DNA of 34,800 nt from sequence record SRR31156797_7476. The stretch is one strand, 5' to 3'. The position numbers and the translations under genes were made by a program. Within the stretch, counting starts at the first letter, position 1. Every line of letters begins with the position of its first letter. Shown one piece after another: positions 1-8,986 of the stretch. A model generated the notes under the pieces. It was not told the DNA's origin. It ran no database searches and saw only the letters and a program-made list of their open reading frames with translations.

Positions 1-509
1 CCCAGCCGGGCGCAGGCCAGCATGGTGATGGGAAGCTCTGCGCACATGGGCATGTGAAGCGTTACCCGGTCTCCTTTTTTCAAGCCGGCGAAGTCTCTGA
101 GGATGGCGGCAAACTCATTCACCCGAACATAGAGTTCCTGGTAGGTAATGTGTTCGGTTTTTTCATTCTCCAATTCCGGAACGAAGTGGATGGCTGTCTT
201 GTTTTTGTGATCCTTAAGGTGCCTGTCAACGCAGTTATGGCTTGCATTGACCGTCCCGCCTACAAACCATTTCCAACAAGGCGCATCGCTGGTATCAAGG
301 ATGGTATGCCAGTATTCGTACCATTCCAGGAGGTCTGCGTATTCTTTATAGCAGTTGGGGAAATTGTCCAGACTGAACCTATCGTAGATCGTCTCGTCAG
401 TCATATTGGCCTGGGCAATGAATTTCGTTGAGGGATAATAATAATCCTCTTCCTGCCAGTGAACAGCAATCTGCGCTTCAGAAGTTTCCACACGTTCTTT
501 TTCCGACAT
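1..509 (-). CDS. acs: Acetyl-CoA synthetase (AMP-forming), N-terminal part; runs off the window edge
   Basis: Not in the ORF track; translated by hand from ATG at 509: [21 protein letters not shown]...[20 protein letters not shown]...[17 protein letters not shown]...[29 protein letters not shown]. WF-GG-xN-xx-NCVDRH and [15 protein letters not shown] are typical Acs motifs. RBS AAGGAGGA at 517-524 (minus). Confidence 0.95.
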   Translation of the reverse strand, partial: [169 protein letters not shown]

Positions 510-645
510 GCTTGCATCCTCCTTGTTCAAATTAAACAGGTTTAGTTGCAAAAAAACAGTCGTTTTTTAGAGAGCAAAAACCATTAGAAACGGCCGTTTT
601 TTCCGACAACATTTCTCTGAGACTTCTATAGGCCGAATACTTTTT

Positions 646-670
646 AAATTGAATCAATTCAATTTGTCAA
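646..670 (-). promoter_or_regulatory. Putative sigma70 -35 (TTGACA, 670-665) for acs, with a perfect palindromic operator AAATTGAAT-CA-ATTCAATTT (646-665) in the spacer
   Basis: 9-bp-arm perfect inverted repeat read directly. The -35 is consensus; the -10 (TTAAAA/TAAAAA) is weak. Confidence 0.55.
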
Positions 671-700
671 TCAAAATCTTGGTCAGCTATCTCATAAATT

Positions 701-718
701 TTGTGAAAAAAATCACAT
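701..718. promoter_or_regulatory. CRP/FNR-family (or Rex-like) binding site TGTGA-N6-TCACA upstream of acs
   Basis: tTGTGAaaaaaaTCACAt matches the CRP core exactly and differs at two positions from the Rex consensus TTGTGAA-N4-TTCACAA. Confidence 0.6.
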
Positions 719-788
719 GGATGTTCCATTCTTAACTCAATGAGGTGTCATCTTTGAAGCAACGGATAGGGATGAAAGAGTGAAACTT

Positions 789-2663
789 TTATTGCGGTTC
801 ATCAAAGCGGCAACTGAGCACGACCATATCGTCTTCAAATACGCTCTTAACCTTGTACGGCAGTGTTTTGAACAGCCGAATCATTCCCAGATTGCTCGGT
901 GAGGTTATGGCAAACAAACCTGAAATGCCGTTTTCAAGTGCGGCCTGGGCCAGTTTTAGCAGGAGGTTTTTTCCGATGTGATGGCCTTGATATTCCTTGC
1001 TGACGGAGAAGGCCACTTCCGCCAAGTTGGTTGATGGAACCAGCAGGTATTCGCCGATGCCGATAACCTGTCCGAAACCGACTTCTCCAACGACAGCCAA
1101 CATAGTCATATCATTGACATAATCGATTTGAAGCATATCCGCCAGGTCGTCCTTGAAAAAGCTGTGCTTTTCATGAAAAAAGCGGGATACCACATCATCT
1201 TTTTCCAGGGAGTAGAAATGCTCCTGGATTCGCCGTTCATCTACAGGTTTCGCGGGCCGGAAAACCACTTCTTCGCCCTTGATTTCCCGGGTTTCTTCCA
1301 GCCTGAAGGGGTAAACACCATGGATGGATTCTTTCAGTGTACGTTCAGGACCCAGCAGGCCCATTTCTTTCGCCTCAAAAAACAGTTTTTCCCTGAAGTC
1401 GGGGTGCGCGATGCTGATCATGGCCATGGCGCGTTCCTGTAAGCTTTTTCCGAAAAGATTTACGACCCCATATTCCGTAACCACATAGTGGACATCCCCT
1501 CTCGGTACCACCACCGCTGTGTTTTCGAGCATGGGTACAATCCTGCTCTGGGTTCCTCCCGCAAATGTGGCGGTCAATAAAACGATGGATTTTCCGCCCG
1601 GGGAGCGGGAGGCGCCTCTCATGAAATCCAGAATGCCGGTTACGGCTGAATAATAATTGTGGGAAAGCGCATCGGCGGCCATCTGTCCCGTCAGATCCAT
1701 GGACATGCCCACATTGACGCACACCATTTTGTTGTGCTTCGCGATAATTCCGGGATCGTTAACATAATCAGAGGGGTAAAAATCGATGGAAGGATTGTCG
1801 TGGATATACTCGTAAAGCAACTGACTGCCGATGGCGCTGCTGGCGACCAGTTTCCCGTCATTAAACCCTTTTTTACGGTTTGTGATGACACCCCGGGCTA
1901 CCAGGTGCATGACATCATCGGTGATATACTGGCTGTGGACACCCAGGTCTTTCTTATGGGAAAGCGCCAGAAGGGTTGCTTGACTCGTCACACCCGGCCC
2001 GATCTGTATGGTGGATCCATCATCGATCAATCTGGCCACAAACTGGCCGATGGTATTGGCAGTTTCCGATTCCGGCATCGGGCTGATGGTCAAAAGGTCT
2101 TCATCATGCTCAACAATCACATCCACATCGTTTACATGAATAAAACTCTGACCCAGAACACGCGGCATATCGGAATTGATCTGGGCGATGACCATATCCG
2201 CGGAGAGTGCAGCGGCCAGTGTGATATCCACGGAGACACCCAGGCTCATCCAACCGAAGTCATCCGGAGAGGAAACCTGGATCAGGGCCACATGAATGGG
2301 TAGCTGCCGGCTTTTGAAAAGTCGTGGAATTTCCGAGAGGTTGATGGGTGTGATGAATCTCATTTCCCGGCGGGTGGTACTGGTTTTAGCGGAACCGAGG
2401 TAAAAGGATCTGATGTTCATGGTCCTGCACATGGTCTTATCCGCGATCAAGCTCAGGGGGGTTCGCTCCAGGGCCATCAACCTGACGATCTCAATATCAG
2501 AAAAACAATTGGAGGTTCCCGCAAGGGCTTTGACGAGGTGTTGCGGTTCGCCGCAGCCGGAGCCGATAAAAACGCGCTGGCCCCCTTTAATGAGCCTCAC
2601 AGCGTCGGAAGCGGTTTTCTTTTTTTCCACATAATGATCGGCCCAATGGGTTATGGATGCCAT
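789..2663 (-). CDS. Acetyl-CoA hydrolase/CoA-transferase-like domain fused to a C-terminal Pat-type GNAT acetyltransferase
   Basis: The N-terminal ~440 aa show 4-hydroxybutyrate CoA-transferase features (VALIQVS-PD-G-SLG-SVD, DGSTIQIG, DLTGQ, HYVVTEYG). The C-terminal ~170 aa resemble the Pat GNAT domain (FRP-xxxD, SRFF, QIDY, AEVAFSV, YQGHHIG, N-GM). Confidence 0.88.
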   Translation of the reverse strand: MASITHWADHYVEKKKTASDAVRLIKGGQRVFIGSGCGEPQHLVKALAGTSNCFSDIEIVRLMALERTPLSLIADKTMCRTMNIRSFYLGSAKTSTTRREMRFITPINLSEIPRLFKSRQLPIHVALIQVSSPDDFGWMSLGVSVDITLAAALSADMVIAQINSDMPRVLGQSFIHVNDVDVIVEHDEDLLTISPMPESETANTIGQFVARLIDDGSTIQIGPGVTSQATLLALSHKKDLGVHSQYITDDVMHLVARGVITNRKKGFNDGKLVASSAIGSQLLYEYIHDNPSIDFYPSDYVNDPGIIAKHNKMVCVNVGMSMDLTGQMAADALSHNYYSAVTGILDFMRGASRSPGGKSIVLLTATFAGGTQSRIVPMLENTAVVVPRGDVHYVVTEYGVVNLFGKSLQERAMAMISIAHPDFREKLFFEAKEMGLLGPERTLKESIHGVYPFRLEETREIKGEEVVFRPAKPVDERRIQEHFYSLEKDDVVSRFFHEKHSFFKDDLADMLQIDYVNDMTMLAVVGEVGFGQVIGIGEYLLVPSTNLAEVAFSVSKEYQGHHIGKNLLLKLAQAALENGISGLFAITSPSNLGMIRLFKTLPYKVKSVFEDDMVVLSCRFDEPQ

Positions 2664-2932
2664 GTTTTCACCTGCTTTTCGGTTGGTAATCGGTTATTAG
2701 GGCGCAACGGTCAGACAATTGCCCTTCGCCGGTACATTCGGGACTGAACCGGGGGGAAGACGCATGCTCAAGCCCATTTCCACAATCAATGATTATCAGA
2801 AAATGAAGAAAAGTTGTACATTTTTATTATTCTATGATATTTCTTCTCGTCAACTGGGGGGGTCGGCACTGCAAAAGGCCTGCAACAACGTCAAAGGCAT
2901 AAAAACCGGAGAAACATTTCACCTGAGATTCT

Positions 2933-3433
2933 ATGAAAGATGAACTGACCCATCAAGTTGATATGCTGCTTTCGGAAGGCAAAAGCAGGTTTCAAATCTG
3001 GAAGCGGCTTAAAAACAATGAAAATGCGGCCGGTCTGAGGCATTGTTTGAACAATAAAGCCCTTCTGAAAGATAAGAAGGCGTATCGATATCTGAACATC
3101 TTCCTGACTTTGATTCTTCTGTTCGTGACAACCAGTAAAATCCTGGGAGTTGTCCTTTTTGCAAAAGGTATCTATATTTTCATTTCTCTGGTTGTTCCGA
3201 TGATAAACATGTATATCATGAAAGAAGTTTTCTTTTTTAAACGCAGTGGTTATCTGTTTCTTGTCATCCTGAGTACCCTGTCACTCGTATATCAGGAAAA
3301 TCGGCATTTTCCTGAAATTCTATTTGTGCTTGCAATGATTGCCATTGCCGCCTTCTTGTATTTTAAACTGTTTCCGAAAAAATTACTCATCCCGGCACCT
3401 GTAGACAAACCTGTAGACAAGAAAGTTAAATGA
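2933..3433 (+). CDS. Hypothetical membrane protein (about 4 TM helices)
   Basis: 166-aa ORF filling the gap: soluble basic N-terminus followed by several hydrophobic stretches. Confidence 0.7.
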   Translation: MKDELTHQVDMLLSEGKSRFQIWKRLKNNENAAGLRHCLNNKALLKDKKAYRYLNIFLTLILLFVTTSKILGVVLFAKGIYIFISLVVPMINMYIMKEVFFFKRSGYLFLVILSTLSLVYQENRHFPEILFVLAMIAIAAFLYFKLFPKKLLIPAPVDKPVDKKVK

Positions 3434-3495
3434 GCGACGGAAAGCCCCCTTTTTAACCGGCATTGGTTCTCAACTTTTTTGGTTTGGGCGGTTTC

Positions 3496-5418
3496 ATGAA
3501 CACAAATGCTCTTTCCCATGGGGTTGTTCTGGAATTCCTCGATAACAAATTTCCCTTCAGTGAACTTGATCGATCCGATCGGATGAAGTTCGCCCGAAAA
3601 GCCACCATCGATTTTTTCCCGAAAGGGACCCTGATTCTCAGGCAGGGGGAGAGTGACGTTACCCACTTTTATATTATCCAGAAAGGCGGCGTGCGGAGTT
3701 ACCGGCTGGATGGCATGGGGAATATCACCTTAAAGGATTTCCGGGGTGAAGGGGAACATTTTGGCGCTCTTCCCATTATTCAGAATACCACGGCAAATCT
3801 CAATGTTGAAACCCTGGATGATACCTTCTGTTTTCTTTTTGACAAGAAGGATTTTCTGAATCTTCTTGAGACCCATCGGAAAGTAAAGCGTTATTACCTC
3901 AGTACCATGTCGGAGAAGATGGCCAAACCGGTCTATTCCGAACTTCGACAGCGGAAAATCTCACCCCGTGCCGAAGGCGCCCTGTTTCTCTTCAACGCCA
4001 GGGCCGGGGAGATCTCCAAAGGAACGCTTTTTACCGCATCGGTGGACACCTCGGTTCAGCAGATATCCCGGATCATGTCGGAGAAAAAGATCGGTTCAAT
4101 CCTTTTGACGGATGGCCGGGACGAAATCGTCGGCATTGTTACGGACAAGGATATTCGGGGTAAGGTTGTGGCCGGGGGGCTGGATTACCGTACAAAAGCA
4201 TCGGAAATCATGGCGGCACCGGTTCAGACCATTTCCGGTCATGCCGTCTGTTTTGACGCGTTGCTTGCCATGATAAAAAATCGGATTCACCATCTTGCCA
4301 TTGAAGAAGATGGAAAAATTTCAAAGATGCTCACAACCCACGACATCATGGTGGCCCAGGGGAGTTCTCCCTATTTTCTTTTCAGAGAAATCCAGGCACA
4401 GCGACGGATCAGTGGATTGTACGATCTCAGCAGGAAGATTCCCATGATCGTTCGCCCGCTTATCAAAGAAGGTGCAAAGGCCTGTAATGTGACCCGGATG
4501 ATCTCGGTGTTGAACGACCATGTCCTGGATCGCATGCTCAAGCTTCTTCAGGAGGAAATCGGGGATGCGCCCCTGCCGTTTTCCTGGTTGTTATTCGGCG
4601 GTGCAGGACGTCATGAACAGGTTTTCAAGAGCCGCCAGGCCAACGGCATCCTCTACGGCAACAGCCCCGATGAAAGGGTCTCCCGGAAAGCCAAGAAATA
4701 TTTCAGGACTTTATCCGAACGTGCGGTCAGGCATCTGATTGAATGCGGGTATCCGTCGGATGCGGATGATATTACCGCTTCCAATATGAAATGGCGACAG
4801 CCTCAATCCGTGTGGGACACGTACTTTCAAAACTGGTGCGGATCTCAGGATCGGGAAGAAAACTGTGACCCTGCCGATTTTTTCGATTTCAGGTCCGGGG
4901 CTGGGAATGCTGCCCTTGCGGAGAAGTTGAAAGAGCAGGTCCATGCCTTGACCCGGGGATGTGGGCAATTTTTGCGCTATCTGGCTCAAAAGTGCGCCTC
5001 ACTGGAACCACCACTGTCATTTTACGGTAATTTCGTGGTCGAAAAGGATGGTCAGTATGGAGAGACCCTCGATTTGGAGGGCAAAGGCCTGGCGTTTTTT
5101 GTTGATTTTGCACGGGCCATGTCCCTGAAATACGGGATATGTAATACCAACACGCAGGAAAGGCTCCGCATTCTGCTGGAGAAGCAGCATATCCCCAATG
5201 ACCTGGGTTCTGAACTTGTTGAGGCCCATGAGGTGCTGATGCATATAAAACTGGTTCATCAACTCCATCTGATGGAGGACGGGCGGAAACCGAACAATAT
5301 CATTTACCCTGATGATCTTTCGGATCTGGAAAAACAGACGCTGAAAGAGGTTTTCGAGGTTATCAGGCGCTTGCAAGGGCTGGCACGACTTGAGTTTGGA
5401 TTTCCGAAAAAACCATGA
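3496..5418 (+). CDS. cNMP-binding + CBS-pair + DUF294 nucleotidyltransferase-like protein (NTase motif degenerate)
   Basis: cNMP domain (FPKGT-I-QG, YIIQKGGV, GEHFG), CBS pair (VGIVTDKDIR, IHHLAI) and DUF294 region (GRHEQ, FFDFR, PPLSFYG, LSDLEKQTLKE). ATG at 3496 preferred over TTG at 3463. Confidence 0.88.
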   Translation: MNTNALSHGVVLEFLDNKFPFSELDRSDRMKFARKATIDFFPKGTLILRQGESDVTHFYIIQKGGVRSYRLDGMGNITLKDFRGEGEHFGALPIIQNTTANLNVETLDDTFCFLFDKKDFLNLLETHRKVKRYYLSTMSEKMAKPVYSELRQRKISPRAEGALFLFNARAGEISKGTLFTASVDTSVQQISRIMSEKKIGSILLTDGRDEIVGIVTDKDIRGKVVAGGLDYRTKASEIMAAPVQTISGHAVCFDALLAMIKNRIHHLAIEEDGKISKMLTTHDIMVAQGSSPYFLFREIQAQRRISGLYDLSRKIPMIVRPLIKEGAKACNVTRMISVLNDHVLDRMLKLLQEEIGDAPLPFSWLLFGGAGRHEQVFKSRQANGILYGNSPDERVSRKAKKYFRTLSERAVRHLIECGYPSDADDITASNMKWRQPQSVWDTYFQNWCGSQDREENCDPADFFDFRSGAGNAALAEKLKEQVHALTRGCGQFLRYLAQKCASLEPPLSFYGNFVVEKDGQYGETLDLEGKGLAFFVDFARAMSLKYGICNTNTQERLRILLEKQHIPNDLGSELVEAHEVLMHIKLVHQLHLMEDGRKPNNIIYPDDLSDLEKQTLKEVFEVIRRLQGLARLEFGFPKKP

Positions 5419-5475
5419 TTATTCAACACGAATACCTTTGAATCAGAATCCCTCGCCTGTGGTCATTGATGATTC

Positions 5476-6186
5476 ATGCCGATTAAAAAAATTATAAAAC
5501 GTCTTTTTCCATCTAGACAGCCGGCGCATCCCGCCATCGTTGCAAATAATCTTATCAGCGTTGCCTCGGACAAGGATTTACCTGTCCGGGACTGTGAATT
5601 TGTGGTGTTTGACACCGAGTTGACCGGTCTGAACCAGCGCAAGGATGAAATTATCGCCATCGGTGCCGTTCGCATAAAGAAAATGAGGATTTGTTGTGAT
5701 GAAACCTATTACGCACTGATCAAGCCGCGGGGAAAGCTCCATACGCCCAGCACCCTCATCCATCGGATTACACCCGGCCAACTGCAGGGAGCCGAGCCCA
5801 TAAACGATGTTTTGCCCCGTTTTATTGATTTTTGCGGCGGAGCTTTTCTGGTGGGCCATCACGTGTCTCTGGATCTGAACTTTGTCAATCGCGCATGTGA
5901 GAATTACCTGGGCGGCGTCATCCGGAGTTCAAGCCTGGATACCATGCGGCTTGCCATGGCTTACAAGGCATCCTTAAACGGCCCCTATTTTGATCATCAC
6001 GAAAAACGGAATTCTTACAGACTATCATTTTTAAGCGAAGAATTTCATCTCCCCAAGTTCGAGGAACACAATGCGCTTCAGGATGCTTTCCAGACCGCCT
6101 ATCTCTTCATATACCTGATCCATAAAATGGGGCTCGGAAATACCGGGACAGTGAATGATTACATGAAGGTTGGGGGAGGGCGGTAA
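5476..6186 (+). CDS. DEDDh 3'-5' exonuclease (DnaQ-like), usual partner of DUF294 proteins
   Basis: ExoI FDTELTG, ExoII GHHVSLD and ExoIII HNALQD all intact. Confidence 0.9.
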   Translation: MPIKKIIKRLFPSRQPAHPAIVANNLISVASDKDLPVRDCEFVVFDTELTGLNQRKDEIIAIGAVRIKKMRICCDETYYALIKPRGKLHTPSTLIHRITPGQLQGAEPINDVLPRFIDFCGGAFLVGHHVSLDLNFVNRACENYLGGVIRSSSLDTMRLAMAYKASLNGPYFDHHEKRNSYRLSFLSEEFHLPKFEEHNALQDAFQTAYLFIYLIHKMGLGNTGTVNDYMKVGGGR

Positions 6187-6201
6187 ACATAATGGCGGCA
6201 G

Positions 6202-6978
6202 TCAGGGAATTTGGGAAGTCCGGTTCTCGTCCAGTGCGATTTTGTTGATCAGGCTGGCCTGGTAACCGGCGCCGAAACCGTTGTCAATGTTGACCACGCT
6301 GACCCCGGAAGCGCAACTGTTGAGCATGCTCAGGAGTGCCGCGATACCGCCGAAACTTGCGCCGTATCCCACGCTTGTGGGAACGCCGATGACCGGGCAG
6401 GAGACCAGCCCCCCCACCACGCTGGCCAGTGCCCCTTCCATGCCGGCCACCACCACGGCCACATTGGCATCAAAGATATCTTCACAGGAATCCAGAAGCC
6501 TGTGAATCCCCGCAACGCCCACGTCAAAGACCCGTGCCACATTGTTGCCCAGGATTTCCGCCGTTACGCAGGCTTCCTCCGCAACGGGAATATCCGATGT
6601 TCCGGCGCATACCACGGCAATTCGGCCATCTTTTGAAACGGGGTGGGGGTTGAAAACCACCATCCTCGCTTGGTCATAATAGGTGCAATCCTCGAACTGC
6701 TCTGAAATTTCTTCAAAAACCGCACCCGTAACGCGTGTCCCCAGAATATTGAAATGATTGTTTTTCATCCGTTTCGCAATGCCTACGATCTGCGAAACAC
6801 TTTTTCCCTCGCAATAAATCACTTCCGGTACGCCGGTTCGGAGACTGCGATGATGATCTATTTTCGCGAAACCCATATCCTCATAGGGCAGTTTTTTAAG
6901 CTGGTCCAAAGCCGACGTCACAGAGCTTCGACCCTTTTGAACCTGCTCAAGGATTTGCTTTAAATATTCAAAATCCAA
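6202..6978 (-). CDS. larB: Nickel-pincer cofactor biosynthesis protein LarB (PurE/AIR-carboxylase-like)
   Basis: Motifs FAKIDHHR-R-G-PEVIYCEGK, AGTSDIPVAEEA, DVGVAGIHRL, AGMEGAL, VPTSVGYG, VVNIDNGFGA. Start reassigned to TTG at 6978, which has an AAGGAG RBS overlapping the upstream stop. Confidence 0.9.
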   Translation of the reverse strand: MDFEYLKQILEQVQKGRSSVTSALDQLKKLPYEDMGFAKIDHHRSLRTGVPEVIYCEGKSVSQIVGIAKRMKNNHFNILGTRVTGAVFEEISEQFEDCTYYDQARMVVFNPHPVSKDGRIAVVCAGTSDIPVAEEACVTAEILGNNVARVFDVGVAGIHRLLDSCEDIFDANVAVVVAGMEGALASVVGGLVSCPVIGVPTSVGYGASFGGIAALLSMLNSCASGVSVVNIDNGFGAGYQASLINKIALDENRTSQIP

Positions 6979-6991
6979 TGCTTTATTCTCC

Positions 6992-7480
6992 TTAATGACC
7001 ATGCCTCGTATTTGGGCTCGATTTAACCACCAGCACGGAAGCATCTTCGATGGCCCGCACCAGTTTCACGCTGGCATCCCCCATGACAAATTCCTCGGCC
7101 TTGGATATCTTTTTTCTGCCGATAACGATAATGTCGTAGTGACACTTTTGTTGCTGATCAATAATGCCGTCGGCCACTGTGGGGTAAGGTTCGGATGCCA
7201 ACAACGTTTTGATTCTGTCCGGGTGAAAGCCGCAATTTTCCAACCATTCCCTTGCCTTATACAGAATGGCCTCCCGCCGTTTTTTCTCCCGTCCCGTGAA
7301 TTTTTTCCCCATCAACGCTGAACTTGCGGAGGGCTGCCTGAAAATGTGAAAGAGGGTTATTTTAGCGCTTTCATCATGCAGGAATATCGCCTCCATACAG
7401 TTTAACACCGCGCGGGAAATGGCTGAATCGTTTATTGCAACCAGTATGGACTTTTCCAAGGCAATCCTCCCTGAATTCAA
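6992..7480 (-). CDS. Universal stress protein (single USP domain)
   Basis: KSILVAINDS..S..V, ITLFHI, YDIIVIGRK..S..EFVMGDASVKLV, SVLVV: the USP fold pattern. Confidence 0.88.
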   Translation of the reverse strand: MNSGRIALEKSILVAINDSAISRAVLNCMEAIFLHDESAKITLFHIFRQPSASSALMGKKFTGREKKRREAILYKAREWLENCGFHPDRIKTLLASEPYPTVADGIIDQQQKCHYDIIVIGRKKISKAEEFVMGDASVKLVRAIEDASVLVVKSSPNTRHGH

Positions 7481-7513
7481 TGCCCCGCCAAAGAAATGGA
7501 TAAATCCTTAATA

Positions 7514-8416
7514 TCATAACGACAAGAGATACCAGTTAACATTATCAATGATTTCATCGACGGATTCATAATACACCTCGGCGCTCCTTGCAAAGTGCAA
7601 CAAAATCTCATTCAGCACGGGGGGGATATAGGGATAGATTTTTCGAAGATTCACCAGCCGCCCTTTATCCAGAATCGAAAAATCTTCCGGCCCGACCCTT
7701 GTTTCCGCATCCCCATAGACATGGGGGCTACGTGAAATCATTGAATAGGTGTGGATGCCCTTGCCGATGGCATAGAGCAAAATATTGCCGACACCAAAAA
7801 TGTCAAGGCTGAAGGGATTTTCCTTGGTCTCGTAGTCATAATCAAAATCAATCCAGACATAATTGCCTGTTTCCTTTTCCATGATCAGATGGTCATTTCG
7901 AATGTCCCCATGTTTGAATCCGTTCTTGTGCAGAAACAAAATGGCCTTAAAGGCATCCAGGAGTCTGGCCAGAATTCCCGGAACCACATGGTGAAAATAT
8001 TCTTCATGGCCGACATTCAGTGCATCCAGGTACACAAAAATATTTGGGCCGTTCACAATATCCAGTACACGAACATTATTTCCCTTGATGTCGTGAAAGA
8101 CGGACCCCTGCATAAAATGCGGATGGCCTTTAACCAGATCAAGGATATCCCCTTCTTTCTTGGGATTTCTGAAACGGTTGATTTTAACGCTTCCGATGGT
8201 GGTGATAAAGGACTCAAAGAAGGCCAGTTTCAAAATCTTTGTGGCCCCGGTTTTCTGGTCCACCACCCTCTTTACCCAATACTTGGGATCATCAATGCCG
8301 AATCGTCTTTCACGCTCATTGCGGGTGACCGAAAAACGTGTGCCTCCGATATGAATCTCATCGCCACAATCAATCTGGAAAAAATCGGTAGTGTCCTCAA
8401 ACTTTCGAACCGTCAT
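7514..8416 (-). CDS. Atypical Ser/Thr protein-kinase-like protein
   Basis: KILK (beta3 Lys), KEGDIL (alphaC Glu), FLHKNGFKHGDIRNDHLI (catalytic loop), WIDFD (DFG equivalent), DIFGVGNIL (subdomain IX). Confidence 0.82.
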   Translation of the reverse strand: MTVRKFEDTTDFFQIDCGDEIHIGGTRFSVTRNERERRFGIDDPKYWVKRVVDQKTGATKILKLAFFESFITTIGSVKINRFRNPKKEGDILDLVKGHPHFMQGSVFHDIKGNNVRVLDIVNGPNIFVYLDALNVGHEEYFHHVVPGILARLLDAFKAILFLHKNGFKHGDIRNDHLIMEKETGNYVWIDFDYDYETKENPFSLDIFGVGNILLYAIGKGIHTYSMISRSPHVYGDAETRVGPEDFSILDKGRLVNLRKIYPYIPPVLNEILLHFARSAEVYYESVDEIIDNVNWYLLSL

Positions 8417-8419
8417 GGG

Positions 8420-8986
8420 CTAAAGCCCTTCCAACATCCTCAGGGGAAGACTTCCCATGGCTGTTTTTACCCCTTCCACAAAATTCTTGACGCCATGGTT
8501 CTCAATGGCAAGTCCCAGAAGTTTGCCCAGAACAAGAAGGGAATCCACATCCTCCTCATGCACATATTTGGGTTCCCCGAAATAAATTCTGATAAGGCCC
8601 GTAACCGAGACGCGCGAAATGACAGGCACCGTCAACATGGCTACAATCCCTTCTTCCGCGGCAAATTGGGGATACTGGATAAGGGGATTGTTCTTTAGAT
8701 CATGGATGATCTCAGGTTCTCCCGTGACTAAGGCGGACCATTTCTCATTGACGAACAGGGGACCTTTTTCAAGATACTTCCGGCTGATCCCAAAACTGCC
8801 CAAAGGGAAAAGCTGTTTTTCTCTTTCGTCCAGGACCATAATGGAACACCCTTTTGCTCCAAACGTGCGGGTGGTTCCTTCGGCCAGATGATTGACGAGC
8901 AAATCCAGGTCATCATAGGTTGAAATGGCACTGCTGATGGCTTTGAATTGCTTTAGATAGAATTTTCGAACCAGTTTTTCTCCCAT
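8420..8986 (-). CDS. Stand-alone GAF-domain protein
   Basis: AKGCSIMVLDE, SFGIS-YL-KGP, IQYP-A-EEGI-AMLTVPV, GLIRIY, LGLAIEN: GAF pattern with no output domain. Confidence 0.85.
   Translation of the reverse strand: MGEKLVRKFYLKQFKAISSAISTYDDLDLLVNHLAEGTTRTFGAKGCSIMVLDEREKQLFPLGSFGISRKYLEKGPLFVNEKWSALVTGEPEIIHDLKNNPLIQYPQFAAEEGIVAMLTVPVISRVSVTGLIRIYFGEPKYVHEEDVDSLLVLGKLLGLAIENHGVKNFVEGVKTAMGSLPLRMLEGL

Noticed and set aside
550-605. Two related short inverted repeats (AAACAGTCGTTT, AAACGGCCGTTT) in the acs leader
   Set aside because: Mostly A/T-run pairing; too weak to call.
3398-3421. 12-bp tandem duplication CCTGTAGACAA(A/G) encoding PVDK-PVDK
   Set aside because: Only two in-frame copies in a C-terminal tail; no sign of function.
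7751-8698. 315-aa plus-strand ORF, and similar long ORFs at 54-431, 1659-2303, 10065-10844, 13121-14023, 17677-18486 and 31076-31726
   Set aside because: Antisense shadows of well-supported genes, with no recognisable motifs.
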